From positions 288,001 through 352,000 of the forward strand of contig CBDBOV010000006.1 of NCBI GenBank assembly GCA_965208575.1: a stretch of DNA of 64,000 nt, in the 5' to 3' direction. A model generated the notes under the pieces. That model was given only the letters and a program-made list of their open reading frames with translations. It made no database searches and was not told where the DNA came from. Position numbers and translations under genes: made by a program. Below, one piece after another: positions 9,355 to 18,869 of the stretch (position 1 is the stretch's first letter; every line of letters begins with the position of its first letter). The DNA is from Spirochaetia bacterium (GTDB lineage: Bacteria; Spirochaetota; Spirochaetia; SZUA-6; Bin103).

Positions 9355-9388
9355 AACATAATGCGAATGCGAAAGCAATATCAATAAA
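9355..9388 (-). promoter_or_regulatory. putative sigma70 promoter overlapping a Fur-family-like AT-rich operator
   Basis: Minus strand TTGATA, 18 bp, TATGTT; sequence AATGCGAATGCGAAAGCAATATCAAT loosely resembles hexamer-repeat Fur boxes. Confidence 0.35.
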
Positions 9389-9549
9389 TGCTGTCGCCTC
9401 CTGCGCGCGCGCCGGCCTTCTGCTCACCGCCCAAACCTCTCGTTCGCCGCGACTGTCGGGCGACCGGATAGAGCATCTACCCAACCCGCGCTCCAGCGAC
9501 CGCCAATCCCGCTCCGGTTCGTTTCAACTGCCTGTAGGTCCGGAACTTG

Positions 9550-9990
9550 CTATTCCGTGTCGATACCAAGCCAGCACAGGAGTTGGATGTCATGTGCTGA
9601 AATGGGTGGCAGGGGCTCTGGGGGTTCGACCGGCTCCAGACCGGTGCCTGCGATTTGCTCGATGAGGAACTTCGAGAGCTTTACGCCCGGGAGATTTTCG
9701 TCCTCGAACCAATGCCGAAGCATGATCTCTTCACGCCGCGGCCAGGGTGACTCGAGAACGTCCAGCGCCCGGTTCACCTCGTCCTCGGGAACGTCCACGG
9801 CTGGGTGGGCACGGATAAACTCCGCGACCCGCAGGTTGAGTGGGCGTACCTTCGGCTGCGCTATCCTCACCTGATCCGGCGCAGCCGTAGATTCACCCAA
9901 CCCTTCGGCGGCGGCCCGTAGCGCCTCACCCAAGGCATCCGCCAGCGTATTGCCGTCCCGGTTGTCGACAAAGACCGGATAAGCGTTCAC
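9550..9990 (-). pseudogene. collapsed remnant of a large (SNF2/PLD-type) helicase gene
   Basis: GTGA overlap with the PIN gene; N-terminus PVFVDNRDGNTLADAL..QVRIA fused in frame to a C-terminus ending IQLLCWLGID; no helicase motifs remain. Confidence 0.5.
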
Positions 9991-10481
9991 CGCCTGTCCC
10001 CGAGCACGAACCGCGCCCGCTCCCGGCTCAGCATTTGAAACGGAGTCCGACACTGGACGTTGAGACCGGCGCAGACATCCGGCAGCTTGATTCTCCTCTT
10101 CGATGAAGAGCGGACTTCGTGCGTAACGACGGCGTACTTGCCGGCAAGCGCCTGGGCTGCAAGGTAGTAGTCGGCGACTTGCAGGAACTCGTCCACCGCT
10201 GACGGTTCGTACCGGCTGCCGACTACCCAGTCGCTGACGGCAGCAAGCGACTCCAGCATCTCAGCGGTGGGCTTGAGAAAGAAGCCATCGCCACGGTTCC
10301 CGGCCCATTCCGCGAGTTGGTCGTTGCCGGCCTTGAGTTCGTCGCCGACCCGCTCGATGCTGAACACGCGTTCTTGTGAATTCGCGCGAAGGAGCCAGTC
10401 CCAGAATGCCGGACAGAAGTCGAACGCGTAGTGCAAGTTCTTCGCGCTGATGAACACGTTCGCGTCGAGCAGGTACCGCAT
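9987..10481 (-). CDS. DUF4411-family PIN-domain protein
   Basis: YLLDANVFI, Y.FDFCPAFWDWL, ADYYL, VVTHE, IKLPDVC. Confidence 0.88.
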   Translation of the reverse strand: MRYLLDANVFISAKNLHYAFDFCPAFWDWLLRANSQERVFSIERVGDELKAGNDQLAEWAGNRGDGFFLKPTAEMLESLAAVSDWVVGSRYEPSAVDEFLQVADYYLAAQALAGKYAVVTHEVRSSSKRRIKLPDVCAGLNVQCRTPFQMLSRERARFVLGDRR

Positions 10482-11627
10482 CTACGCCTCGATCCCGAGA
10501 TTGGCGGCAAAGTCGTGTAACGCGGCGGTGGTCTTGATTCCGAGCAGCCGGTACGAGACCGTGAAGGAGGTACGGCCACCCAGGGTGCTGGTCACGAGCG
10601 CGTGCCCGAAGCGCCTCCCTACGCGCGTTCTCAGCGTCGGGAAGAAACTCCCGCCACCGGTTCCGGCCAGTGCTTGCAAGCGTCCCAGCTCGGCTTGGTA
10701 GGCGGAACGGAAAGGGCCATCACCGAGCGCTCCCATGTCGTGTATCCTTCGCAGAATCACCAGCGTGCTCACCTTGAACCGGCGCGCCAGACGAGCCAGC
10801 GCCACGGCCAAGTCCTCGGAAGCGCGGTACTCGTTCCGCAATAGCGACAGTGGAACCAGGAACTCGGCTGCCACCTGGTTGCACCATGCTTCGACGCTGT
10901 GCGTCGGGACCGTGTTCGGCGCCGAGTCCGAGAGCGCCGACTCTCCCAGCCACAAGTGCGCTAATTCGTGTGCCAGGGTGAACATCTGGGCAGCCTTCGT
11001 GTCGGCTCCGTTGATGAATACGAGTGGAGCCAGGTCGTCCACCAGTGCGAATCCACGAAATTCGTCGGGGTCGAGACTGCGATGGGTGTTGTTGCCGACG
11101 ACGCCGTTCACCATCACGAGCACACCGAGCGAATCCGCCGCGTCGATCAAGCGGCGCAACGCCTCGGTCCACGTAGGAACCGCCGCTTGCGCCGCAGGGT
11201 CAAGCGCAAGCACGTCGCGTATACGGGACGCTGTTCGTTCGACACCGCTTGCCATGGTTTCCGAACCGATGAACGTCAGCGAGGCTTCTCCCTCGGTACG
11301 GGCAAACTCGCGATACCACTCCTGGCGCTGCTGGCACAGGTAGATCGTGCTCAGCAGGTTGGTACTCGGCTCTCTGACCGGGAGGCTGCCGACCGTCCGC
11401 AGGTCGGGAATCGGCAGCGCCTCGCGGGGCGGCCGCGTGAGAAAGAAATAGCCGACGGGGGCGTGAGTTACATTGGCGAGCTTCTCCACCTGCTTCAGCG
11501 TCGGCACAGCAACGCCGCTCTCCCACTCGCGGTACTTCGGAAACCGCCGCGCCAGTGCGTCCGCGTCCATGCCCGCACGCTGGCGCGCCCAGCGCAACAG
11601 TTCAGGTTTGACTCGTGCACGTATCAT
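10482..11627 (-). CDS. XRE-HTH + ImmA/IrrE family zinc metallopeptidase
   Basis: N-terminal HTH (LLRWARQRAG..WESG..PTLKQ); HExxH in FTLAHELAHLW; EAWCNQVAAEFL. Confidence 0.9.
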   Translation of the reverse strand: MIRARVKPELLRWARQRAGMDADALARRFPKYREWESGVAVPTLKQVEKLANVTHAPVGYFFLTRPPREALPIPDLRTVGSLPVREPSTNLLSTIYLCQQRQEWYREFARTEGEASLTFIGSETMASGVERTASRIRDVLALDPAAQAAVPTWTEALRRLIDAADSLGVLVMVNGVVGNNTHRSLDPDEFRGFALVDDLAPLVFINGADTKAAQMFTLAHELAHLWLGESALSDSAPNTVPTHSVEAWCNQVAAEFLVPLSLLRNEYRASEDLAVALARLARRFKVSTLVILRRIHDMGALGDGPFRSAYQAELGRLQALAGTGGGSFFPTLRTRVGRRFGHALVTSTLGGRTSFTVSYRLLGIKTTAALHDFAANLGIEA

Positions 11628-13482
11628 CGTGGCCTCCAGTTGCGAAAGTGCGGTAACCCGCCAGCCAACCGCTCCTCGTAGTCCCAGCCTTCATGAAAGG
11701 TCTGGAAGATGTGGACGAGTTGCCGCCACAACCGGTTGTCACGGCTGGGACGGGGCACCGGAAACGGATTGATGACGAAGAAATTGACGTGCGTCTCCAC
11801 ATAGCGTCTCGCGTACCAGTCGAGCGGGATCGACGACAGAATCCCGAGCAGGTACGCATGATCCTGTTCGTCACCCCGCGGCCAGAGGAAATGGGGCCGG
11901 TATTGGCGATAAAGATCTCAGCAGGAACGAGCGCGACGCGGACGGTGCGGGAATCTGTTGCTCTGGACACGTCCCGGAAGGCCTCGTCGAACACCCATCC
12001 GCCGCGGTTCAGGGACATGTCGACATCGACCTGAGCAGACTCGTCGAACATGGGCCGAAACTCCCGGGAGCCCTTCGCGGCCAGGGCGCTACGAGGCAGC
12101 GCCGCTTCGAAATCCTCGTTCGGTACCACGATGCCTGCAAGCTCAGCGCCGACGGCAGAGACCCGCGGGTCGCTGGTGAACAAACCGCCGTCGTACGCCG
12201 GCACCGACCACTCGCGGTTGCCGCCTGCCACCGCCTCCCATAGCAGGGCCGTCTCCCGCCAGTGGGAGTTCCCGCCGGCGATCGGCACGGCTCGCGCCAC
12301 GCAGGCGGCCAGTTCCTGCGCTTTCTGTTTCAGCGAGCGCCGCCGGTACGACTCGTTGAATCGGTAGGGCAGCAGATCCCGGTCTTCAGCGTAGGCGATG
12401 AACAACAGCCGGAACAGGACCGTGAGCGCCATCTCATACGTGTGATCGAGCTGTGCCGGCGACGGGCTCTTCAGGTTGCGTGCCGCCGCGATGCCACGTG
12501 CCAACGCCGGCACTACCCTGTCGTAGATGCGCTCGCGCAGGCGTTCGGCAAGGCTGCCGGCGAAACGGTGCGACTCTGTCAGGATCTGACGCAGGCTGCC
12601 GTCCGGTGCAAGCGCCTCGGCGGAGTAGAGCAGCCAGAGGTAGGGAAGGTGCTGGTCGGACAGGAGCGAGGGCTGGCACTCGATGAAGGACTCGGTCCGC
12701 CCCCGCCGTCCCACCCCGGCATCGACATCCGTCGAGTACAGCCGAAGCCGGTTCGCCTGCACCAGAACGACCCAGGACAGGTTCTCGGAGTCGGCCTTGG
12801 CAAGGGCATAGCTCACCGGCGACAGGCTGTTGAACCGTTCGGTGCCCGCCTCCGGCGACTCGGTCTCGCGCAGCATCACTGCCAGCGCGACCCGCCGGTC
12901 GCCACCTCGCAACAGGCTGGTGAGGTTGTCGAGACGCTCCACCTGGAACCCAAGCGCCGTGAGCAGCCCCTCCTCGCGCGTGCCTACCGCCCTGGCCGCC
13001 TTGCGCCCCGCATCACTCCAGTCGCGCCGGCCCGGCGCGCCATGCTCCAACTCGTGCATGGCCAGCAAGCCCTCGTTGTTGAGCCCCGGCAGCGCCGTCT
13101 CCAACGACGGCAGCACCTGCGCCAGGAATCGTAGCGCCGAGTGCCGGTCGGGCTGTGCCAACACCTCGCGGCACAACCGCTCCACCTGACCCACATCCGC
13201 TCGCGGATACACCGGCGGCTCTTCACCGGACGCCCCGCACAACGCAGCACCCTCTCGGTGCAGCACCACCAGCAGCACCGGAGCCGCCCGCCCTCCACGC
13301 CGATATTCCCACGTCTCCAAGAGCGCTGTCCGAGCCGGCGCGGCATCGCACTGGGCCACCGCCACCTCAATGCCGTGCGCCCCCTTCCCCAGGTACAGCC
13401 CCGCCGGCTCTAACCCGCTACCCCTGCCCAGAGCCCAAGGCCGCGCCATTAGGTCGACAAGGAAATCCCTATCGCCCATCAT
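11624..13482 (-). pseudogene. type IIG (Eco57I-like) restriction-modification enzyme with internal deletions and frameshift
   Basis: LFRLLFIAYAEDRDLLP and YDGGLF motifs; methyltransferase core missing; C-terminal AFRDVSRATDSRT then a frameshift near 11890 to YLLGILSSIPLDWYAR..FHEGWDYEERL, ending in an ATGA overlap with the ImmA gene. Confidence 0.75.
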
Positions 13483-13814
13483 GCTTCAGGCGTCCTGGGC
13501 GAATACCGAGATAGATTCCATCCAACACCTTCTCCGGCAACATCCTCCACGGCCCTTGCCGGATGGGCCCATTCTACTCCACACGGACACGATGGTGTCT
13601 TGTAGCCCGAGAAGTTCCGACAGCGACGCGACGCGCACCACCATGACCAGCCCATCGCTGGTTGTCGATCCCTCGTGGAAGCACCGATAGGCTCGGTGAC
13701 TGCACCATGAACACCTTGGTATCTTCCAATTACCGCGATCTCGTTGGAAGCCCCATTGTATGTAGCTGCACCACGGGATGAGTAACTGGGACAGGACTTA
13801 CCCTCGACGGAGAC

Positions 13815-14782
13815 ATGGATTTGATTACTGACGACAATGCAAAGTGTCAAATATGGACATCCAAACGCGCTGTTTACTTGCCCAGCAACGCTTCAGATGT
13901 CATTCGCATCGAATCCTCACGAGCCGGCGGTACATACAGGTTCACTGACTCGGCTTGGATGCAACTCGGGAATCTCAGTGAAGTCGAAAGCGCCCGGCTC
14001 ACAACCTTGTTGGTGGATCGGAGAATCCAGGGAGAAAACGAACCCTAGTCACACCTTCTTTGATTGACAAGGCCCTCAGGATGGAGTCGCTTGACGTGGC
14101 GGAGCGCGCGGACAGACTTCTCAGGTTCGTCGCGCACCGCTCGAAACACCCGGGGGACACAGTATTTCTCAGAATCCAGAATCAGGACTCGGACACACTC
14201 AATCTTGCCATGGCATGGACGGAGTCGACAACTCTAGATGAAGTACGATACTTCCGAGACTATCTGGTGCGCAACGGCTGGTTACTTAAGTCAGTAGGTC
14301 CTCACTACTCTGTCTCGATAGAGGGCTATGGACGGATTGCCGACCTCAAGGGGCACCCTGACTCTACGCAAGCGTTTGTTGCAATGTGGTTCGATGGTGA
14401 AATGGCTACGGTCTACGAAAACGGAATTGCACCAGCAATCGAGCAGGCTGGATTCAAGCCCATGCGCATAGACAAGAAAGGAGACGTCGTCAAGATTGAT
14501 GATGAAATAATCGCAGAAATCAGGAAGTCTCGTTTCTTGGTAGCCGACTTCACCCATGGCGACGAAGGGGCACGGGGAGGCGTCTACTTTGAGGCTGGGT
14601 TTGCATTTGGTCTCGGTCTACCAGTGATCCACACTTGCCGGTCCGACATGGTGGACAAGATCCACTTTGACACTCGGCAGTATTTTCACACTGTGTGGGA
14701 ACGTCCTGACGACCTACGAGTAAGCCTCACCAATAGAATCGTCGCGCTCCTCGGGACGGGTCCGAACCGGCCTCCCTCTTGA
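13815..14782 (+). pseudogene. frameshifted nucleoside-2-deoxyribosyltransferase/TIR-like domain protein (ORFs 13815-14048 and 14060-14782)
   Basis: AFVAMWF, IDDEIIAEIRKSRFLVADFT, RGGVYFEAGFA; one extra base at ~14045 would join the ORFs (ENEPLVTPSLIDKA); lower GC than flanks. Confidence 0.7.
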
Positions 14783-14869
14783 TTACGCGACGAACCTCAC
14801 CTTCGAGCACATCTCCACGGTGGCGTCCTCAGAGTGCTTGAAGTGACGGCTATGTGGTAGGTTGCGGGC

Positions 14870-15625
14870 ATGGGACTGAAAGACAAGGTGTGCATCGTTA
14901 CCGGCGGGGGCAGTGGGATTGGCCGGGCTGCGGCGCTGCTGATGGCGGCGCAGGGGGCGCGGGTGGCGGTGGTGGGCCGCACCGAGAGCAAGCTCACGGC
15001 GGTGCGTGGCGAGATCGAACGCCAGGGCGGCAGCGCGCTGGCTCTGAGCCTGGACGTGGCCGACCACGCGGCGGTGCAGCGCATGGCCGCCGAGGTGCTG
15101 GCCACATGGGCGCGTATCGACGTGCTGGTGAACAACGCCGGTCATTCGTCGACCCACCGCATGCTGCTCACCACCACGCCCGAGGATATCCGCGGCACCA
15201 TCGACTCCAACCTGGCCGGCACGATCTACTGCTCGCAGGCGGTGGTGCCTGCCATGCAGGCCGCCGGTAGGGGCACCATCATCAATGTTGCCTCGTTGGC
15301 CGGCGTCGGCGGCAGCCTGCTCGGCGGCCCGTCCTACTCCGCGGCCAAGGCGGGGGTGATCAACTTCACCCAGTATCTGAATACCGAGTTCAGGAACAGC
15401 GGACTGCGCGCCAGCGTCATCATCCCCGGCGAGGTCGACACCCCGATCGTCGAGCAGCGCCCGGTACACCCCAGCCCCGAGGCGCGCGCCACCATGGCCA
15501 CCTCCGAGGACGTGGCGCGGGCGATCCTCCTGGTCGCCGATCTGCCGCAGCGCACCCTGATCCCGGAGCTGACCATCCGCCCCACCTACCTGCGCGACAC
15601 CTCGGCCGAGGTCGGCGTCAAGTAA
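14870..15625 (+). CDS. SDR family NAD(P)-dependent oxidoreductase
   Basis: TGGGSGIG, NNAG, YSAAK. Confidence 0.92.
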   Translation: MGLKDKVCIVTGGGSGIGRAAALLMAAQGARVAVVGRTESKLTAVRGEIERQGGSALALSLDVADHAAVQRMAAEVLATWARIDVLVNNAGHSSTHRMLLTTTPEDIRGTIDSNLAGTIYCSQAVVPAMQAAGRGTIINVASLAGVGGSLLGGPSYSAAKAGVINFTQYLNTEFRNSGLRASVIIPGEVDTPIVEQRPVHPSPEARATMATSEDVARAILLVADLPQRTLIPELTIRPTYLRDTSAEVGVK

Positions 15626-15628
15626 GGG

Positions 15629-16720
15629 TCACGGGAGGAGGAAGGGCTGTAGCGCGGCGCGGTCCAGTTCCACGCAGTGGCCGGGGCGGTCGGGGGGCAG
15701 CGCGGCGCCGCACTCCAGGCGCGGGGGCTTGCGCACGAAGCGCTCGGTGGCGAAGCCGTGCACTTCCAGGAAGGAGGCGTTGGGCACCGCGGCCAGCAGA
15801 TGAACGTGCAGTTCGTGGACGCCGTGGGAAGTCACCGGCAGGCGGTGCGCGGCGGCGAGCTCGGCCACCTTCATCCAGGCGCTGATGCCGCCGATGTTGG
15901 ACACGTCCGGCTCCGGGAACGCCACGCCGCCAGCGCCGATCAGGTGGGCGAATTCACTCACCGTGCGCAGGTTTTCGCCGGCGGCCAGCGGTAGCCCGCC
16001 ACCCTCGGCCACCCGGCGGTGGCCGTCGTAGTCGTCAGGCTCGATCGGCTCCTCCAGCCAGTACACCCCGAAGCGCGCCAACTCGCGCGCCGCGGAGACC
16101 GCCTCGTCGACGGTCCAGCGCATGTTGGCATCGACCATCAGCGCCGTTTCCGCTCCCACGAGGTCGCGCACCGCCGCCACGCGCTCCAGGTCCTCGCCGA
16201 GGACGTCGCGCCCCACCTTCATCTTGACGGCGCGGAAGCCGCGGCCAAGCGCGCCGCGGGTCTGCTCCAGCAGTTCATCGAGCGGCAACAGCAGGTCGAT
16301 GCCGCCCACGTATGCCGGCACCGGCTTCGCCGCCTGCCCGCCCAGTGTCCGCCACAGCGGTTCCTGCCGCACCCTGCCGCGCAAATCCCACAGCGCGATG
16401 TCTACCGCGGAAATGGCGAACGCCGCGATCCCGCCACGGCCCACGTAGTGGGTCCACTGCCACATACGGCGCCACAGCGCCTCGATGTCGCCGGCGTCAG
16501 CGCCGATCAGCAGCGGTGCAAGGTCGCGCTCGATCAGCGCCAGGATCGCGCCCCCGCCGGCGTGCACGGTGTAGGTGTAGCCCAGCCCGGTATGCCCGCC
16601 GGTGGCCGCCACCTCCACTGTCACCAGGTCGTAGTGATCGTGGCGGCCGTGCGTGGCGTCGGTGAGCGGCGCGGCCAGCGGAATCCGGTAGCAGGCGGCG
16701 CTGATATCGGTAATCTTCAC
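15629..16720 (-). CDS. mandelate racemase-subgroup enolase, 3,6-anhydrogalactonate cycloisomerase-like
   Basis: LTDATHGRHDH, GYTYT, HYVGRGG, AYVGGIDL, KMK, DAN, WLEEP, GENL, SHGVHELH, FLEVH. Confidence 0.8.
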   Translation of the reverse strand: MKITDISAACYRIPLAAPLTDATHGRHDHYDLVTVEVAATGGHTGLGYTYTVHAGGGAILALIERDLAPLLIGADAGDIEALWRRMWQWTHYVGRGGIAAFAISAVDIALWDLRGRVRQEPLWRTLGGQAAKPVPAYVGGIDLLLPLDELLEQTRGALGRGFRAVKMKVGRDVLGEDLERVAAVRDLVGAETALMVDANMRWTVDEAVSAARELARFGVYWLEEPIEPDDYDGHRRVAEGGGLPLAAGENLRTVSEFAHLIGAGGVAFPEPDVSNIGGISAWMKVAELAAAHRLPVTSHGVHELHVHLLAAVPNASFLEVHGFATERFVRKPPRLECGAALPPDRPGHCVELDRAALQPFLLP

Positions 16721-16727
16721 CCTTGCC

Positions 16728-17348
16728 TCAGACAATGTTGGCTTGCAGCGCGGCCAACGCCCCCGGCTCGTCGTGAGCCGCCACCGCCTCGTAGATCAGC
16801 CGGTGCTCGGCGAAGCTGTCCATCAGGTCGCTGAACCGGTCGTAGCGCATCAACATGCGGATGATCACCCGCCGCCACAGCGCCAGCAGATCGGGGTCGC
16901 CGTGGCTGGCCATGATCGCCTCGTGAAAGCGGACGTCGCCAGCCACCAGGTCGCGCGCGTTGCCCGCCTCACAGGCGCTGCGGATCTGCTCCAGCACCTC
17001 GCCGAGCCGCCCCTCCAGTAGGCCAAGCCGCTCGCCGTCGGCAAAGGTATTGCTCAAGGCGAACCCCTCGATGCGGCGCCGGATGTCGGTGATCAGCGCA
17101 CGGATCGCCTCATTGGGGCGCGCCGCCACCGTGGCGCCGGCGTTGGGGCGGGTGTTGACCAGCCCGTCCTGGCCGAGCTTGAGCAGCGCGTCGCGCACCG
17201 GGCCGCGGCTCACCCCGAAGCGTGCGGACAACTCCTGCTCGCGCAGTGGGATGCCTTCGTCCAGCTCCCCGGTCATGATCTCCAGGCGGAGCTGCTCCAC
17301 GATCTGCTCGGAGATGGAACGGTACACCGGTGCCGTCAGGGGGCTCAT
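16728..17348 (-). CDS. GntR (FCD) family transcriptional regulator
   Basis: wHTH LREQELSARFGVSRGPVRDAL; FCD motifs DVRFHEAI and EHRLIYEA; ATGA overlap with the upstream glycosidase. Confidence 0.92.
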   Translation of the reverse strand: MSPLTAPVYRSISEQIVEQLRLEIMTGELDEGIPLREQELSARFGVSRGPVRDALLKLGQDGLVNTRPNAGATVAARPNEAIRALITDIRRRIEGFALSNTFADGERLGLLEGRLGEVLEQIRSACEAGNARDLVAGDVRFHEAIMASHGDPDLLALWRRVIIRMLMRYDRFSDLMDSFAEHRLIYEAVAAHDEPGALAALQANIV

Positions 17349-18571
17349 CCCACGGTACGGTTGACGGTGGCCGGCGCCGACCGGGCCAGGGCGAACGCCT
17401 CCTCGCGCTGGCTGTCGCGCAACGCGAACGAGCTCTGCATGAAGGTATGCTCGTCGCAGCGCAGGTTGTTGACCGTGAAGCCGCGCCGGTTCAGGTCGCG
17501 ATGCAGATCGCAGTCGAAGCGCACCAGGAACGAGTGCCGCCGCGGGTAGAGCTGCTCGGCGTCCGGGATGTCGGTCAGGTGCGACAGTCCCCAGGAGATG
17601 CCGCGGCCGTCGCCGTCGTCCGCGAACGCGTCGGGACAGAACGGGCCGCCCGCGATGGGCGGCATCTGCACGTGCGCCTTCACCTCGAAGTTGAGCCCGT
17701 CCGGCGCGTACTGGACGGTGTCCTTCTCCGGGCCGTCCATCGCCACCAGCCCCGCCACGCCGCCGCGGTAAGGCCAGTACATGGTCTCGTGGCCGGAGTT
17801 GACCACCGGGTTCAGGGGCGACTTCACGAACGGACCCTCCGGCCGGTCGGCGATCGCCACCCCGCCGGCGCGCAGGATGGTCCTGCCCGGTTCCTGGTCC
17901 AGCGGCGCGCCCTTGTAGTACAGCCAGTACTTGCCACGGTACACGATCACGAACGGGTCGTGGATGGAGCGGCTGTCCCATTCGTCCGGCGCGCCAAGCT
18001 CCACCACCGGCCGGTCCACGCGCTGCCATGGACCGTCGGGCGAATCGGCCCACGCCATGCTCACGTCGCAGTAGTCGCCGCGTGCGCGCCGGAACGGGCC
18101 GGTGAACGTCTGGAAGTAGAGGTAGTACCTGCCGTTCGCGGCCACGATGTCGCAGGTGGTCGCCGAGCGGTCGCCGTACTCGCCCGGAGCCGTGCGCGCC
18201 ACCGCGACGCCGCGCTCCTGCCAGTCGAAGCCGTCCGTGCTGGTGGCGTACCACAGGTCGGCCAAGTCCCAGTCCACTGCCGGCAGGTGGTCGGGCCCGT
18301 TTTCGATGCCCAGCGGCTCCGACTCGGTCTCGCGCCGCGTGTACCACACGTAGAACAGGTCGCCCACCTTGATCACCGACGAGGGGTCGCGGCGCGACAC
18401 CTTGGCGTCGCGGCCGATCCCGGTGATGCGCGCGTAGCGGAAGCTGGTGAAGAACTCGTTGCCGGGATCCTGCAGCGGGCTCCACTGGTCGTACAGCCGG
18501 TGCATCGCCGCGGACAGCGGCCGGTCGGTCGGTTTTTCGTGCGGGGGAATCGCAGGGAACGCTGCCACCAC
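17345..18571 (-). CDS. GH117-like five-bladed beta-propeller glycoside hydrolase
   Basis: SAAMHR (SxAxxR), SRRDPS, DWDLADLWYATS, IHDP, YYKG, NSGHE, QYAPDGLNF. Confidence 0.82.
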   Translation of the reverse strand: MVAAFPAIPPHEKPTDRPLSAAMHRLYDQWSPLQDPGNEFFTSFRYARITGIGRDAKVSRRDPSSVIKVGDLFYVWYTRRETESEPLGIENGPDHLPAVDWDLADLWYATSTDGFDWQERGVAVARTAPGEYGDRSATTCDIVAANGRYYLYFQTFTGPFRRARGDYCDVSMAWADSPDGPWQRVDRPVVELGAPDEWDSRSIHDPFVIVYRGKYWLYYKGAPLDQEPGRTILRAGGVAIADRPEGPFVKSPLNPVVNSGHETMYWPYRGGVAGLVAMDGPEKDTVQYAPDGLNFEVKAHVQMPPIAGGPFCPDAFADDGDGRGISWGLSHLTDIPDAEQLYPRRHSFLVRFDCDLHRDLNRRGFTVNNLRCDEHTFMQSSFALRDSQREEAFALARSAPATVNRTVG

Positions 18572-18595
18572 GCCCTCCTTGAGTGGACTGCGGCA

Positions 18596-18678
18596 AGTGT
18601 ACGGACTCCGTCACGTTCGTCAAGGTGTCAACTGTCAACAATCAACGCGTTGACCCCTGGACGTTCGGACCCTATCCT
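18596..18678. promoter_or_regulatory. divergent sigma70 promoters with a GntR-type operator (TGTCAACAATC at 18633-18643)
   Basis: Plus strand TTGACC, 17 bp, TATCCT (18650-18678); minus strand TTGACG, 16 bp, TACACT; the operator is the reverse complement of the motif at 21619-21656. Confidence 0.6.
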
Positions 18679-18697
18679 GCCCGGCGAGGAGTTGCAC

Positions 18698-18850
18698 GTG
18701 GGTACAGTGATCATCACGGGTGCATCGCGCGGTATCGGACCGGGACTCACGGTGGAGGAGTCGACCGCCAAGATCGTCAAACCGGTCGCCGAGCACGGCC
18801 CGGACGAGCCTTCCGCCATCAGCCACACCGGCGCCCGCCGCGACTGGTAG
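18698..18850 (+). pseudogene. collapsed SDR minigene (50 aa)
   Basis: GAGGAG RBS and GTG start; TVIITGASRGIG fused directly to LTVEEST..G..RDW, a C-terminus typical of CsgA-type SDRs. Confidence 0.65.
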
Positions 18851-18869
18851 CGCCACGCTACGTAATTCC

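Noticed and set aside
9277-9384. His-rich N-terminal extension (MILLSHSHYVHGTHAH) on the ABC protein as a metal-binding tag
   Set aside because: Its TTG start coincides with the predicted -35 box and lacks an RBS; more likely translated promoter DNA.
13479-13850. 123-aa minus-strand ORF
   Set aside because: No recognisable motifs, atypical composition, and it overlaps the start of the plus-strand gene.
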